Under the pieces are notes generated by a model. It saw only the letters and a program-made list of their open reading frames with translations, was not told the origin of the DNA and searched no databases. The position numbers were made by a program, and so were the translations under genes. Positions 37,993 through 53,012 of a stretch of DNA of 64,000 nt are shown here, one piece after another. Positions within the stretch are counted from its first letter, which is position 1. Every line of letters begins with the position of its first letter. Origin of the DNA: the human T2T-CHM13v2.0 reference genome, Homo sapiens; assembly GCF_009914755.1 (NCBI RefSeq), contig NC_060925.1. One strand, 5' to 3'.

Positions 37993-38723
37993 TTATAAGG
38001 CTGCCAGGAGAGAGGAAACTAATAAAAATGGCTCTCATGCCAGCTGATTCATTCACCTATTTTCTTAAATTCTGCTCATTTAATTGAAATTGAAATTGAA
38101 ATAAATGAAAATATTTACATTATAGCAAACTTAAATATATAAAATATAAAAATTAAATCCAGAAAGGTAAAATACTTCAAAGGTATTTTTCCCTTGATTT
38201 TGATTCTGCTCCTATTCTCTCCACCTTCATACAGTCACTAGATAACTTGAGTCTTAAACTAGCAACATAAGAAAACATTACAGGAAAAAAAATTACGGGC
38301 TAGCAAAAAATAAAAATAAAATAAAAGTAAAAAGGCAGAGGAGAGGACTCAAAGAGACAGTCTCCAAGTAAATGGACTGATGTCAGTGTAATATCATAAA
38401 GCTCCTGTAAGAGAGCTTAGACTACGTAACAATAATAGGATATAATAAGGAAATTCATGTGCTTAGGTAAGGGGTGTATAGTACATTTGGCAGAAATGCT
38501 TAAGGATTGAATATGAAAACTGGAGTCAAGTCCTAGACTGTGATCTACCTAATTTGAAGGGTCAAATTGTACATTAACCAACCAAAAAACAATCATGTAA
38601 TTAAAACACTTACTTCTTCAAGTGCTTTAATGCTTTTAACATTAAATTTGCTTAGTTGGCACTCAGAACAAGATATAAAAAATATAAAGGCGATATGCCT
38701 TTTTATCAACACTGCACTTTTAC

Positions 38724-38849
38724 CTGTATCATACATTCAAACTGGTACATACAAAGGCCCAATTCTGCCATACTTGGTTTAAAAAGTTCACGAAGTCTAT
38801 AATCTTGCATTAATTTAACAAATACACAGAAAGCTTCTTCTTCTGGCAT
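38724..38849 (-). CDS. EVI5: EVI5 coding exon, 126 nt: MPEEEAFCVFVKLMQDYRLRELFKPSMAELGLCMYQFECMIQ
   Basis: tgtag|ATG acceptor, CAG|gtaaaa donor; EEEAF TBC motif. Confidence 0.96.
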
Positions 38850-39082
38850 CTACATTGGAAGAAAAAAAAACAACATAGGTTAATGTTCTCTGATACACAA
38901 ATAAACCAATGATATTTAAACTAAGTACACAGCCAACCATAAACATTGTTTGAGTGGCTGTGTGCTGCAATGTTAAGAGCAATGAGGTAAGAATCAGAAA
39001 GTTCTAGTCTCCCATTCTATCACCAAGAATGAGAAGTTAAACAAATCTTACAACCTCTGAAACCAACTGCCTCAACTTGCCT

Positions 39083-39650
39083 CATTCATTAATTCAACCC
39101 AAAATACTGATTTACAGCCAGATACTTTTCTCTCTCTGGGTATACACCAGTGAACAAAATAAACACAATCTCTATTCTCAAGGAACCTGAATTTCTAATG
39201 GAGGGAGACAGACAAGACATGGAATAAATCAACTAATATATATGTCAGATGGTGATGGATGCTACAGAAATAAAATAAAGTAGGGAATGCTGGGGAGACA
39301 CACGGCTATTGATATAGATCAGGAAAGGTCCCCTGATACGGTAACAGTTAAGCAGAATCCTGAAGAAAGCAAGGGAGCATTTGAGGAAAGAACAGTTCCA
39401 GAAGACCAAAGAGTACAAAGGTCCTAAAATGGAATCACACTTGGCATGCTCAAGAAACAGCAAATAGAGAACTACTAAATTAGAATACTATGAGTGAAGG
39501 TTACATCATGGAGGAGAAATAACAGGGAACCAAAATGCAGAGGACTGTAGAGGCCACTGTAAGGATTTCGACTTTTACCTTAAGTGAGAGAGAGGGATTT
39601 TTGAGGATTCTGAGCAAAAAATCATATGACATGGTACAAGTATTAAAAGG
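39083..39650 (-). mobile_element. Degenerate L2 3' end
   Basis: cattcattaattcaac...cagtgaacaaaat...ggagggagacagacaa. Confidence 0.65.
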
Positions 39651-40429
39651 ACATATAAATTAAGTTTTCACATTATCTGAAATTGGGGTTTAAAGGTACC
39701 AATTTCACATTTTATGTGTAAATCACTAGGAAATCATATCAAATAAGATAATGAATGTGAAAGCTCTGTAAAGAGCTACAAAGATATTCAGAATACTTAG
39801 GCAAATAACTATCCAAATTGTTAAACCATCTTTCTCAAAATAATAAAATTTGCTAATTCTCATTCATTCCCGTTATACCAGTGTGTTTCAAAAGAGAACA
39901 TCCCAAAGGATCTCCAGGCCTTCTTCTTACTGAAGACTGCTGCTAATAACAAGACATTTTTCCTGGCCTTGACACAGCCACGGACAGGGGGCCAAGAGTC
40001 ACTCTTGGCAAAACCTGCACTTCTTCCTTCCTCTCAACACAGATGGCCACAATTCTACTTAGGAGACTATCTCTATTAATTCTATCAAGCCCCACAGCCC
40101 CACTGAATTATGTCAGTCACTACGAGAAGCCCCAAATCCCAGGACTCTCATCCTAAATGATTTTACTGTTCTCCTAATCTGACCCCATTTCCAATCTTTC
40201 CTAAATCTTTTCCACAGCATTTTCTGGAACCCATATCCTACCATCAACAGAATAGTCTACCTATATCCTCAATCTCTTTTCCAAATGTTCCTCTCTTTCT
40301 TTAGCTGAAATCTGTATCTCCCCTAAGAATATTTCAACACTGAAACCTGGCTCTCTCCTAAGGTAGTTGTTTTCTCTTTTCTCTCCCACAGCACTGGAAG
40401 GGGACAGAGATTACTGAGGTATATGTCCT

Positions 40430-40722
40430 CAGGCGATTTAATCATTGTGCGAACATCATAGAGTGCACCTACACAAACCTATACCATATAGCTTACTATA
40501 CACCTAGGCTATAAGCTATATAGCCTATTGCTCCTAGGCTACAAACCTGTATAGTATGTTACTGTACTGAATACTGTAGGCCAACTGTAACATGATGGCA
40601 CATGTTTGTGTATCTAAACATAGAAAAAGCAAAGTAAAAATAGGGTATTATAATCTTATGGGCGCACCATCACACATGCAGTCCACCGTTGACCAAAATG
40701 TCATTATGCAGTATGTAATTAT
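40430..40722 (-). mobile_element. Tigger3 (Golem)-like DNA transposon fragment
   Basis: tattataatcttatggg...gttgaccaaaatgtcattatgca matches the reverse of the recalled Tigger3 terminus. Confidence 0.75.
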
Positions 40723-41731
40723 AATTTCCCTTTTTGTCTTACAACAATTTCTTCTCTTCTGAACATATCAAAACAAGTTTCATTCCCTCTCCTCTTTGCA
40801 ATAGCATTGATATGGGAACTAGAGGAGAATTTTTTTTAATGGCAACATTTTAAAAAATAAGTTGAGGTAATTTGACAAAAGAGGAAAAGGAGACAGAAAA
40901 AGTATCACTAGGTCCTTCTCAAAAAAATTGAAACCATGGTGACAAAATGAAAAAATGTGACACGGAGTGGCATACACCAAGTTGTTTTATAGTCATTCCT
41001 TTCCATTAGAAAGAAATCAAGACACTTGAGTCCTAGAGCAATGTGCTGCTACATAACTTTCTCTGTGACTCTGAGCTGATAAGAATCCATGTCTTTTGCA
41101 AAGGTCTAATGCAGACAATATACCTAATATTATAGGAGTGAGATATATACAAAACATACATACTTCTAACCATTTTGATAAAGTATGTACTAATTTTGCA
41201 AATTTTATCAGACTCTCTGAGTTACATTTCTAAACTGAAGTTATGGGAGAATATAGCATAAGGTGTGGGCATAAACTTTAGAAACAAAAAGAGGAGCTTT
41301 TCTACCTTATGGCCCTGGGCCATAAGTGACTACTGTTCTTGTGTTAATATACTGCTGCCACTGACAACAGCTAAGTAGATCAATCACCAAAATATTATTT
41401 ATTACTCCAATGGTGGTAATAATACTTATTGAAGTTAGTATCTCTACCACCACTGCTTGCCCTGTCTTGAAGGAAACTGTGATTCCTAGAGGATTCACAG
41501 GATCCACAGGATTCCTAGAGAGCTAGGTCAGCTGTTGAGAGATTCAGACCTCAAGCAGAGAAAAACTGCTCTTTAGATGCCCAAGAGAAATGACTACTAA
41601 AAGGTTATTGTGGAGCTAACAGGAAAATAAAAGGAATAGAACAGCAGCAAAAATCACTAGACTGATAATAAGGATGTCTGAGTTCAATAATGAAGGATCT
41701 ACCAATATTAAATAAAGTAGGAAAATCATAA

Positions 41732-41798
41732 TTTCAATTAGCAATAATTGCGCCTCGGATAAACCTCACTGGCTACGATACTGCCACTGCGCAAAGCT
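41732..41798 (-). pseudogene. 3'-truncated, tailless U4 snRNA retropseudogene (U4 nt 1-67)
   Basis: Reverse complement reads AGCTTTGCGCAGTGGCAGTATCGTAGCCAGTGAGGTTTATCCGAGGCGCAATTATTGCTAATTGAAA; 15-bp TSD ggaaaatcataattt at 41720-41734 and 41799-41813. Confidence 0.95.
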
Positions 41799-42748
41799 GG
41801 AAAATCATAATTTTGTTAAACAACTATACCTTAACATTAACAAATCTAGTTTTGCATTGTATTATTTATAACCTAATTCCACTTAGAAATCAATAACCAC
41901 TGGGAGCACTTCTTATGTGTTCTTATATATGCTGTAACACAAAGTAAAAATTATTTTTATTATAAATCAGTGTCTCTGACATCAGGTCTCTTCTACTTAG
42001 AAAAGTGTATACTCCTGACAGCAACAAGAGCTTTAAAACTCAAAGCAGTTGGGAAGCTGAAGCAAAGCATCAGGAAACGGTTTCTGATTCCTACTTTGCT
42101 TTTATCTACCAGGATGTGTGATCTTGGGTAAGCCACTGAACTTTCACTGCCTATCTCCTATGAGCCAAACACCATGCTAGGCTTCTACATACATTACCTC
42201 AAATAACCCTCACAACTAATCTGAAAGTAGATAGTATTATCTTACTAAGGCTCAGAGAGAGGTTAAATAATCTAGCCTAAATTCATACAGCATGTGCAGA
42301 ACTGAGTTGCAAAACCACCCTATATGACTCAAACCAAGTATCTCCATGATTCCTTTTCAGGACTAAAATCTGAGACTAAATAAAGAGTAAGATGGACTTA
42401 ACATTTCAACAAAGCTGAAGAGATAATACTATATGCCATTTCCCTTCAAAGCTATGATTATCCTACCCCCGAATTCTGAAAACATTCCACCCAAACCCAC
42501 TGCACACTCAATAACAAAGTTATATCCCTAGGGGGTAAAAGTGGCTGAGTACCACTATTTTAGGGCATGCAGTGAGGTATGCATAACAAGCTTTTAGCTC
42601 CATGATAAATTAAATTCTCTATAAATCTCTAAAGATGTTGTACAATATAAATAAGATTTTCTTACCAACACTTTAATTATTTCCTCCTTGGTTAGAAAAA
42701 GATTACTCTTCATTAAATGTTAACAAATAAGATTTTAAACTACTGTAG

Positions 42749-43147
<399 letters not shown>

Positions 43148-43330
43148 TACTGTATGTTATTTTAACATGTTTAATCTTTTAAAATGCAAACTAAATATTT
43201 GTATTCAAATTATGCCTAGGAAAAAATACCCATATCCACTTATATTTAATAAAACAAAGATGCTTTTTAAACTCTCCAATCCAACTTAATAAAAAATTTC
43301 ATTGGACATTTAATACTTATATTAACTTAC

Positions 43331-43405
43331 CTGCATAAGCAACAATCCAACTATAAAAGCACTTCCTTGACAGTAACCAACCTCACGATCTACTAAAGAG
43401 TAAGC
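43331..43405 (-). CDS. EVI5: EVI5 coding exon, 75 nt: AYSLVDREVGYCQGSAFIVGLLLMQ (YxQ glutamine finger)
   Basis: ttttag|GCT acceptor, CAG|gtaagt donor; phase 0-0. Confidence 0.97.
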
Positions 43406-43632
43406 CTAAAAAGTAAAAAAAAGTTGTTCAAAATACATGGTAAGTTATACCTTCCTTCTCCAAAAAACCTAAAATTGGCAAGACAGGCAGATTAAAAAAC
43501 ATTTATTTTTGAGAAAAGCTCTTGCTTGCTTGTTATAGATGTTATCCTATACATATTTAAAAAGCAAATGTTTTATTACATGAAATTTTATTTTGACAAT
43601 TTCCCAATCCAAACTTGCTAGCTCTAAAGACA

Positions 43633-43681
43633 TAAAATAAAATAAAATAAAATAAAATAAAATAAAATAAAATAAAATAAA
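43633..43681 (+). repeat. (TAAAA)n pentanucleotide microsatellite, about 10 units
   Basis: Directly visible. Confidence 0.95.
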
Positions 43682-43708
43682 GGAATTTGTAACAGGGCTT
43701 AAAAATCA

Positions 43709-44051
<343 letters not shown>

Positions 44052-44590
44052 CTAGACTAGGTTTAAGGCAAAGGATTGGCGAAATTGAAATGATTTAACA
44101 AGAAGTCAGTATTTCAAAGAAGTAGCTAAAAGAAAAAGTAACTGTGGGAAGGGAAATGGCAATATTGAAGAAAAAATGACAATGGTACACCTTTCAAGGG
44201 CTAAGTGCTCTTAACAGTGCTGGCCATAGAAAGCAGAAAAATTTGCTCACTGTAGGAACACAGATATGATAGGAGAAACCCACATCCCAGGTTTTGAACT
44301 TCACAGATGGTGAATTATTCCTTTTCATGAGGATCCCTCTATGATATGTGACTTTTAAGCTATTCCATTTCCATCAACTAATGCTAAATAACGTAGTAAA
44401 TGTTCTAACAAGTTCTCTATACTAGATAGTAATGTAGCATAAGAATTAAGGCAAAAATGATGCTAAAACCAATTTCACTGCCAAAGCAACTGATTATTGT
44501 GGTGGGAGGTCATGCTTCATCATGAAAAATGTATAATTTCAACCTTCCAGGAATTCATTTCATTTCAAAAAATGAATAAATAAAACTTAC

Positions 44591-44815
44591 CTTCATTACA
44601 TTAAATAAAACCTCCTGTCCAAGGCTATCTTTTTCCTTAAAAAAGTTGTGTTCAGGGTAAGTTCTAGCAATGTCCCTTCGGATCAATTTTTCACAAGGCG
44701 AGGTCATTTTCAGGAGTTCTGAATACTGATCCTTAATTGGCATACTTTGTGCACTGCATAAAAGTTGCCAAACTATTGCTCTAAAGTGATGGGGTATCCC
44801 TTTATGAACAAGTTC
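44591..44815 (-). CDS. EVI5: EVI5 coding exon, 225 nt: ELVHKGIPHHFRAIVWQLL...IRRDIARTYPEH...LFNVMK (TBC start, IxxDxxR arginine finger)
   Basis: tttag|GAA acceptor, AAG|gtaagt donor; 75 open codons with TBC motifs. Confidence 0.97.
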
Positions 44816-45238
44816 CTAAAAATAAAATAAAATTACAAAAATGAATTATTTAAGTGTCCTATCTTGCAAGCCAAGGAAGACTTATTAGGGGGTTGGAATG
44901 AAGTAGAAGACATCATTAAATTTGTAACTCACAAAGCTAGCTTTATAATAAGACTAGGGAACCCTGTAAGTCAAGGGTAAGATTGGGCCCTGGGTGTATC
45001 CTCTTCTGGTCAGGGGATTAATAATGATCATTTCACCTCAGTGTGTGGCCTCTTAAGGTAATGGACTTGAAACCTGCAGAGCTGTGAATGATGGTACAGT
45101 ACCCAACATTCAAAGGGCTGTTGAAGGCAAAAAAAAAAAAAAAAAAAAAGGAAAATACTGTTATTCAAGAATGCAGGATATCACAACTTCATTTCTGAAT
45201 CAATAAAATGAGAGAATTTAATTTCTAAAACAATTTTC

Positions 45239-45530
45239 GGGCCGGGTGTAGTAGCTCACAACACTTGGAGAGGCGGAGGTAGGAAGACTGCTTGAGGCCA
45301 GGAGTTTGAGACCAGCCTGGGCAACAAAGCAAGACCCTATCTCTACAAAAAGGAAAATAAAAAATTAGCGAGGTGTGGTGACACACACCTGTAATCATAG
45401 CTACTCAGGAGCCTGAGGCAGGAGAACAGCTTAAGCCCAGAAATTCGAGGTTATAGTGAGCTATGACTGCATCACTGCACTCCAGCCTGAGCAACAAAGT
45501 GAGTCTTTATAAAATAATAATAAGTAAATA
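45239..45530 (+). mobile_element. AluJ-like
   Basis: Alu dimer with internal deletion; flanking repeat aa(c/t)aattttc. Confidence 0.87.
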
Positions 45531-45754
45531 AAATAATTTTCAGTTATATATTTCTATATGATCAGGACCTCTGTAACAACTGATGTCTACAAATTAAAAC
45601 TTTTAGGGGTACAAGTAAGTGAAAACAAATAAAGCAGACCTCTTTAATATATAGCTTGGAAGTTGTATTTGGGGTTTTTTTCCCAATCCTCTATTAAGTT
45701 ATGTCTGACGCACTATGGAATAAGAATAAGAACTTCAACAAAGAACATGAATAC

Positions 45755-45944
45755 CTTAACTTGCTTTTCCTTCTTTTTGCGTACATCTTCCCATTCATTA
45801 ACAATTCTTCCCCAAAGAATCCAAGAATCTTCTTCAAGGTGACTGAGGTTGCTAGAGGCTGATGAACTCGACACAAGAGAAGAGCCACTGTTTCTTCTTG
45901 ACCCATTTACAGATCTTAAAGACTTACTATCCGTTTCTAACAAT
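45755..45944 (-). CDS. EVI5: EVI5 coding exon, 190 nt (phase 2 to 0): (R)LLETDSKSLRSVNGSRRNSGSSLVSSSSASSNLSHLEEDSWILWGRIVNEWEDVRKKKEKQVK
   Basis: ttttag|A acceptor, AAG|gtattc donor; matches ORF 45713..45943. Confidence 0.96.
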
Positions 45945-48065
45945 CTAAAATATAATTAAAAACTGTTCAAGATCTAATCGGACAGTGATATTAGAAGAGG
46001 CATTGATGATACTTAGAGCTTTATTACTGCAATTTAACCATTGTTTTAAAATATAGTTTTAATAATATACATAATTTAAATAAATTTTGGTCACATCAAT
46101 AAAATTACTGCTATATTTTTTTCACCTATTATAGCAGTTTGAAAATTTGAAAAAGCAAATTACGTTAAAAATTTTTGAGCTACTAGCCCCATTATAATTT
46201 CCCTTCATCTCCATTAAAAATTCAAATTAGGGGAAATCTGATGAGAAAAGTATTTGGGTAGGCTTCAGGAAAAAAGAACTTATACTTGGAAGAGGTACAA
46301 CAAATCTATGAAATAACCAATCCTAAAACGTTTACAATGTGTCTAAGGCTTAAAAGTAAGGCAGAGCCCCCAAAATTAACCAAATCACTTCTCTTTTTTC
46401 ATTTTGCTTCACACATGCATAACCAATCTGCCCAAACAAAAAGTATTTATTTGGCCTATGCAGTGTTTGTGTAAAAACTGAGCTATTACTAATATACTAA
46501 AATTGGAGGATTTCACATATTTGCTTATATGCATTTATACTTTATTTATAATTCTAGATTCTCTTGAAAAATAAAAAGATAAGGCAAAACCGGTCCATAT
46601 TCCTGCACAGTAAGAACAGGATATAGCTGCGTGGGAGCTTCTTCCTTCAAATGCAGAAGGACTTTAATCTGCTCACTTTCCATAATCCCTACAGTCTCCC
46701 CTAAAACTCAGGCCAGCTAACAGCTGCTATTTATTACTAGGTTTACACTGTTAAACTGGGACCTCCTCACTCATAAGGTCCCTGTTGAATTTTGAGCTTG
46801 CAACCCTGTGTTAGGCCTCCTCCTTATCTGTTGAAAGAAGGGTTAAGATAATTTCCAAGATCCAATCCATGACTAATCACTACATTAAGTCTTTTATTTA
46901 TAAAAGGAAGGTGGAAAACGTAGCTCTATCACTATTTTATATAGCTACTACTCACTTCCAGTAATTCTTCAGGAAAAGTCATCTGCTTAGGCTACAACAA
47001 AAGCTCACAATACTAATTCATAAAATACAAAAGCTGAGAAAGAAAATAAACATATAGAGGTCAAATCCTATTTAACAGATTATACAACCACCCTTTGAGA
47101 GCCAGATTTATATGCTACTCATCTTTATATCCCTTAGAACATTTAGCTCAATGCAAAGTATATTATCAAAATGAAATAAAATCATAAGTCCAAATTTTAA
47201 AATTCCAAATTCCAGGTATGTCATTTTCAATAATACAACAGTATAAACTGAACAAACAAATTCTATCCTTACTGAAGGAAAATTTAATATATTTTCATGG
47301 CAACAATAATTAAAATAAAATTTCCCAAATATTGCTAAAAACATAAAAACATACCAAACAGCCAAAGTGAGCATCAACTAATTATTATAAATAATTTTAC
47401 TTGAAAAAAATTATTTCAGAACAAGGTCTCTGAGGAAAATAAAAAGATAAAAAAAGAATTAATGATGATGTTTTACTTTAAATACTGTTTTAAAATACAT
47501 ATTATTTCAGTAAGTCCGTAATATATCTTATGGAAAAATTAGTTTACATAGGTAATTTTCCACATGATTCTAAACCCTAAGAATTGTAAATGCAATAAAG
47601 AAACAAATTTTACTGAAATAACCTGAATCCTAGTTATTTGCCATACTTATTTACTGACTGCTTGCTACATCTCAATTAAATTGCATCACTATCAACAGAG
47701 ATATGCAGTTCAAAGAAAATAATGGTTTTCCTAAGTTAAACCTAAGTTCGAGGTGTAATCCAAGTATAGATGAAGAAGCACCTAAACAGAAGGCTTTTAG
47801 AGAGTCAAAAAGTCTTGGATTGCTGAGTTATTAATACAACTTCTAGGATAGGCACAAATATCAAGTGAATTCGTGGCATTCGTGGGTTAGAGAAGATTAA
47901 GCAGTTAACCTTCCGAGAACATTGAAATAGCACATCCAATTATACAAAGCTGTGAGGAACGTTTACAAATAAAATATCTCAAGACATTACACTATTTAAA
48001 GATACTGTCCCTGCTTTATCTTATAAAATGGTTTAAAATAGATAAGCCTAAATATAACAAAACTA

Positions 48066-48415
<350 letters not shown>

Positions 48416-48419
48416 TCAC

Positions 48420-50520
48420 AGCCTATGGGGTAGGCAAAAATTTGTTTGCAGGACATAAGGAAACAGTAACTACAAAAGAAAAAATTGATTTAAAAACTGG
48501 ACTTCACCGAAATTAAAGAGCTGTGCTCCTCAAAAGATACTATTTTAAAAATGAAAAGGCAAGCCAGACCAGAGAGTAAGAAGAAAAAAAAAAGTCTAAA
48601 CACAGGTATCTGACAAAAGATAGTATACAGAATATATGAACCACTCTTAAAGTCAATAACTAAGAAACCAAACACCACACTTTAAAAAATGAGTAAGAGA
48701 CGTAAACTGATACTTTCTAAACAAGATAATCAAATGGTCAATAAGTACTTGAAAAATGTTAGCATCTTTAGTCATCAATGGAAATGCAAGTTAAAACCAA
48801 ACTATATACATATTAGAATGGCTACAATTCTAAAGACTGACCATACCAAATGTTGGCCAGGATGGAAGCAATTCTATCAATATTAAAAGTACAAAATAGT
48901 ATAACACATTTGAGAACTGTTTGATAATTCCTCATACAGTTGAAATACATATCCATATGGTCCAGCAGTAAAATGAAAACATATGTACAAAGAAGACATA
49001 GTTGAAAGTTCATAGCAGCTTTATTCACAATAGCCCCAAACCAGAAACAATCCAAATGTTCAGAAAAATAAGTGATCAAATTGTGGTACATTCATTCAGT
49101 GTGATACTACTCAGCAATAAAAAGAAATAAACTGCTGACATGTGCATCAACATGGATGAATCTGATAGATGTTAGAACGAAAGAAGCCAGGTGCAAAAGA
49201 GTACATACGATATGATTCCATCTATATAAAGTTCAAGAACAAGCATAATATAGAAGAAAATACAGGAATAAATCTTCATGACTTTGAGTTAGGTAAAGCC
49301 TTAAATATGACCAAAACTACAAGTGACAAAAGAAAAAACAGATACACTGGAATTCATCAAAATTAAAAACATTTTGTACTTTATTGGCTACCACCAAGAA
49401 AGTGGAAAGACAATCTACAGAATGGGAGAAAATACTTGCGAATCATAAGGGACTTGTATCTAGAATATAGAAAGAACCCTTACAAATCAACAATAACGTG
49501 ATTTAAAAATGGACAAAAGATCTGAATAAACATTTTTCCAAAGAAAACGGCCAATAAATACATAAGAAGATGTTCAACATCACTAGTCATAGGGAAAAAG
49601 CAAATTGAAAACACAATGAGATATTTTACAACCATTAAGATAGTTACAATCGAGATGACAAATAACAAACAGTTAAGTGTTTGTGAGAATATGGAGACAA
49701 TGGAACTCTCATACACTACTTGTGGGAATGTAAAATGGTACAAGCACTTCAGCCTGGCAGTTCCTCAAATGATAAGCACAAAATTACCATGACTCAGCAA
49801 TTCCACTCTTAGTTATATATCCAAAAGAAATGAAAATTTATATCCATCAAAAACTTATATACAAGCATTCACAGAAACATTATTCATGATATCAAAAAAA
49901 AGAAAAATCCAAGTGTCCATCAACTGATGAATGGATTAAAAAAACATGGTATACCCAAACAATGGAATACCAGCCACGAGAAGGAATTATATTCTGATAC
50001 ACACTATGACATCCATGAACCTTGAAAACATGATGTTAAGTTAATGAAGCCAGTCACAAAAGGGCACATATTCCATGAATACATTTATATGAAATATCTA
50101 GAAGAAAGAAAATAGATCAGCAGCTGCTGAGGGTTGTAGTAGGAGTGAAGGTAGTCAGGAAAACATAGACTGCTAATGTGTGTGCAGTTTCTTTTTGGAG
50201 TGATGAAAAAAATTCTAAAATTGATTGTGTTGACAATTGCACAATTCTGTGAGTAGACAAAACACAACTGAACTGTAAACTTTAAGTGGGGGAATTAAAT
50301 ATATGGTATATGAATATCTGAATAAAGCCATTATACAAAAAAGAACAGGTAGAAGAGAAGTTTTGACAGAGGGTGGGGTTGCTAGAAAGGACACAAAGGA
50401 ATTTTCTGAGATGATGGACATTTTCTAATATGATAGAAACTTTCTAAGTCTTAATAGGTATGTGGGTTATACATAGGTATATACATTCTTTGAAATTCAA
50501 ACTTTACACTTAAGAACTAC
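48420..50520 (+). mobile_element. Nested old L1MB/MC/ME ORF2-3'UTR fragments
   Basis: Repeated degenerate L1 ORF2 C-terminal and 3'UTR motifs. Confidence 0.75.
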
Positions 50521-51311
50521 ACATTTCTCTGCATATTATTCATCAATTTTTATCACTTCATCAATATTTGTAAAAAATATTATCTACTTAATGGCACTAG
50601 GGATAGTAAAAATTCGGTGAGAAATGACTGCATTTTATTATTGTAAGCCCTTCTGAACTTTTTAAAACCGTAACTATTACTTTTTGTAAAAGATTATTTT
50701 GGGTATATTTTATAAATAAAGGAAGATATAAACATGACTTCATATTTGCCTTTTCAAATTTCCTGGTCATTCCAGCAAATTTTAAAATTCTCTAAAGAAA
50801 AACTTTAGAATTTTTATAATGAAGAAGTCTTTCTCTGTGAGAGAGTCGGAACATTTTGCAGAAGTAGTAACACTTGAATTGATACCATGAAGTCTCTCCC
50901 CAGTGAACTATAGCATGTATTTTCCTATAGCATGTAGAAAAATAATTTACGTGTTCAAGAATATGTAAACTTTATAGACTATGTAGTTAGAATCAAGCAT
51001 TTTTATTCCTTATTGCTAAACGTGATGAGGAACAACTCAAGAAGGCTTTTAAACAGGTTTCCACCTAGTTTCAGTATAATTAAGGTAGTCTGGCATGGTG
51101 GGGGAGGGGCGCACTGCCTGAAAGTCAACAATTTACAAAGCCTTGAGCTTGGCAGCTGGGAAAATGGTAATACAGCATTACTCATAGGTCTGTGGGCTAG
51201 TGAGAAGTATATCTAAAACTTTTTCACATATTTTCCTCCTCCCAGATCACATGGGTGCACTGCCTTACATGGATTTATTGCAAAGCAAAAAAAAAAAAAA
51301 AAAAAAAAAAA

Positions 51312-51568
51312 GGGAGGCCGAGGCAGGTGGATTGCTTGAGCCCAGGAATTTGAGACCAAACTGGGCAACATGGAGAAACCCCATCTCTACTAAAAATACA
51401 AAAAATTAGCCAGGTGTGGTAGTGCACACCTATAGTCTCAGCTACTGGGGGGCTTTGGTGGAAGAATTGCCTGAGCCCCGGAAGTTGAGACTGCAGTGTG
51501 CCATGATTGCACTGCACCACTGCACTCTAGCCAGGGTGACAGAGTGAGATCCTGTCTCGAAAAAAAAG
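51312..51568 (+). mobile_element. 5'-truncated AluJ-like preceded by an A tract
   Basis: Starts at gggaggccgaggc. Confidence 0.85.
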
Positions 51569-52739
51569 CAGGGGGGATGGTGGGGGAATAATTCACCTCA
51601 CTTCCCATCCCATCCCATCATAATCTCCTTCTAACACAAGAATTCTGACTATCACAGATTAAAGAAAAAGAATACTGTCCAAGCAGGAATATTGTACATT
51701 GTAATCTAAGGTGTCCCTATAGGTTTGTGTAGCCTCCTGGCCATTTCTAATATTCCACTTTTATACAGTAAATAATTCACAGGCCTAAATTCATTCATTC
51801 TCCCAGAATGACAGACTAGGACATAAGACATTGTTTTTCTATCAACAAGGGAACACACAATCCTGTCTCCTAACTGGGTCACTACAGGTTTCTCTTAGAG
51901 TAGCTCCTGATCCAAGGGCAGCCACTGAAACTGGCTACAGCCACACAATAGTGAGATTGGGGTGGGGGGGGGTGCCAATATACCAACTGGACTCCAAACA
52001 GTATTAAAGATCGAGAGTCTAGGAGTGGTTGCTTCTGGAAGTTTGGTAGACTTTGTAGGGAGAAAGCATTTCCAGTTCCCTAATGGGTGGGACTGGGGAA
52101 TAAGTTGAGAACAAGAAAATATTCCAGCATGGAGAACAGCCTCGGTCTTATCTTAGACAGATGACCTTCACCGTATCTTTGCTTCTGAGAATCAAAACTT
52201 CTTATCGAGATGCCACCTATGTAAGGAAAATGACAGAGTACAGACTTCACGATGGCCATATAAGAAAAAAGAATAGCTTGTGTATGGCAGCATGCAGATG
52301 ATAAACAGCCCCCCAAAAAGGCTTATCTATAATACTATGATTTGAAAATACAAGGGAGGAAAGGGAAAAGAATGAGTTCTCTTTTGAGTATTTGGAGTTT
52401 GAAGTACTTGGGGGAAAATCCATGTAGACAATAAGCACAGCAGTTGAAAAGACAAATCTGAAGTTCATAAGCAAGGTGAACGCCACAAACAAAAATCTGG
52501 TAATTATCTGAAAACAGTTGATATTAAACATCTTGAGTATCCTATTGTACTCAGCATAATGTTTTCCTATGGATACCAGAACTCAGAAAGCAGGATACAA
52601 CAGCAACTGGTCAACATGCCAGTTGGTAATTTATAAACTGCTAAGATAATTTATAAGGAGCTAAGAAAGGATCTAAGGAAGAAAAACGCTGTATGATACA
52701 AACACCTGGGAAGCTAAATACACTGGCACTTAAAAGTGC

Positions 52740-52870
52740 AGTAGTCCCAGCTACTTGGAAGGCTGAAGTAGAAGGACTGCTTGAGCCCAGGAGGTCAAGG
52801 CTTCAGTGAGCCATGATCACACGACTGCACTCTAGCCTACGTGACAGAGCAAGACCCTGTTTCAAAAAAA
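52740..52870 (+). mobile_element. Alu right monomer
   Basis: gtagtcccagctacttgg...gcaagaccctgtttcaaaaa. Confidence 0.85.
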
Positions 52871-53012
52871 AGGCAGAGAGATTTATTACGGAGGAGGCAA
52901 CTTTTCAAACACAAGGTTCAAACATCTCTTTGTAATGTAACACCAAAGAAACAAGATATGAATGTGCAGCAACTTGCCAGGTAAAAGAATGGAAAATGAT
53001 TAACAAAAAACT

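Noticed and set aside
41307-41507. 66-aa Ile/Val-rich minus-strand ORF
   Set aside because: No recognisable family, start context or splice support
51287-51311. A25 tract as the tail of a processed pseudogene
   Set aside because: No TSD, poly(A) signal or recognisable transcript upstream
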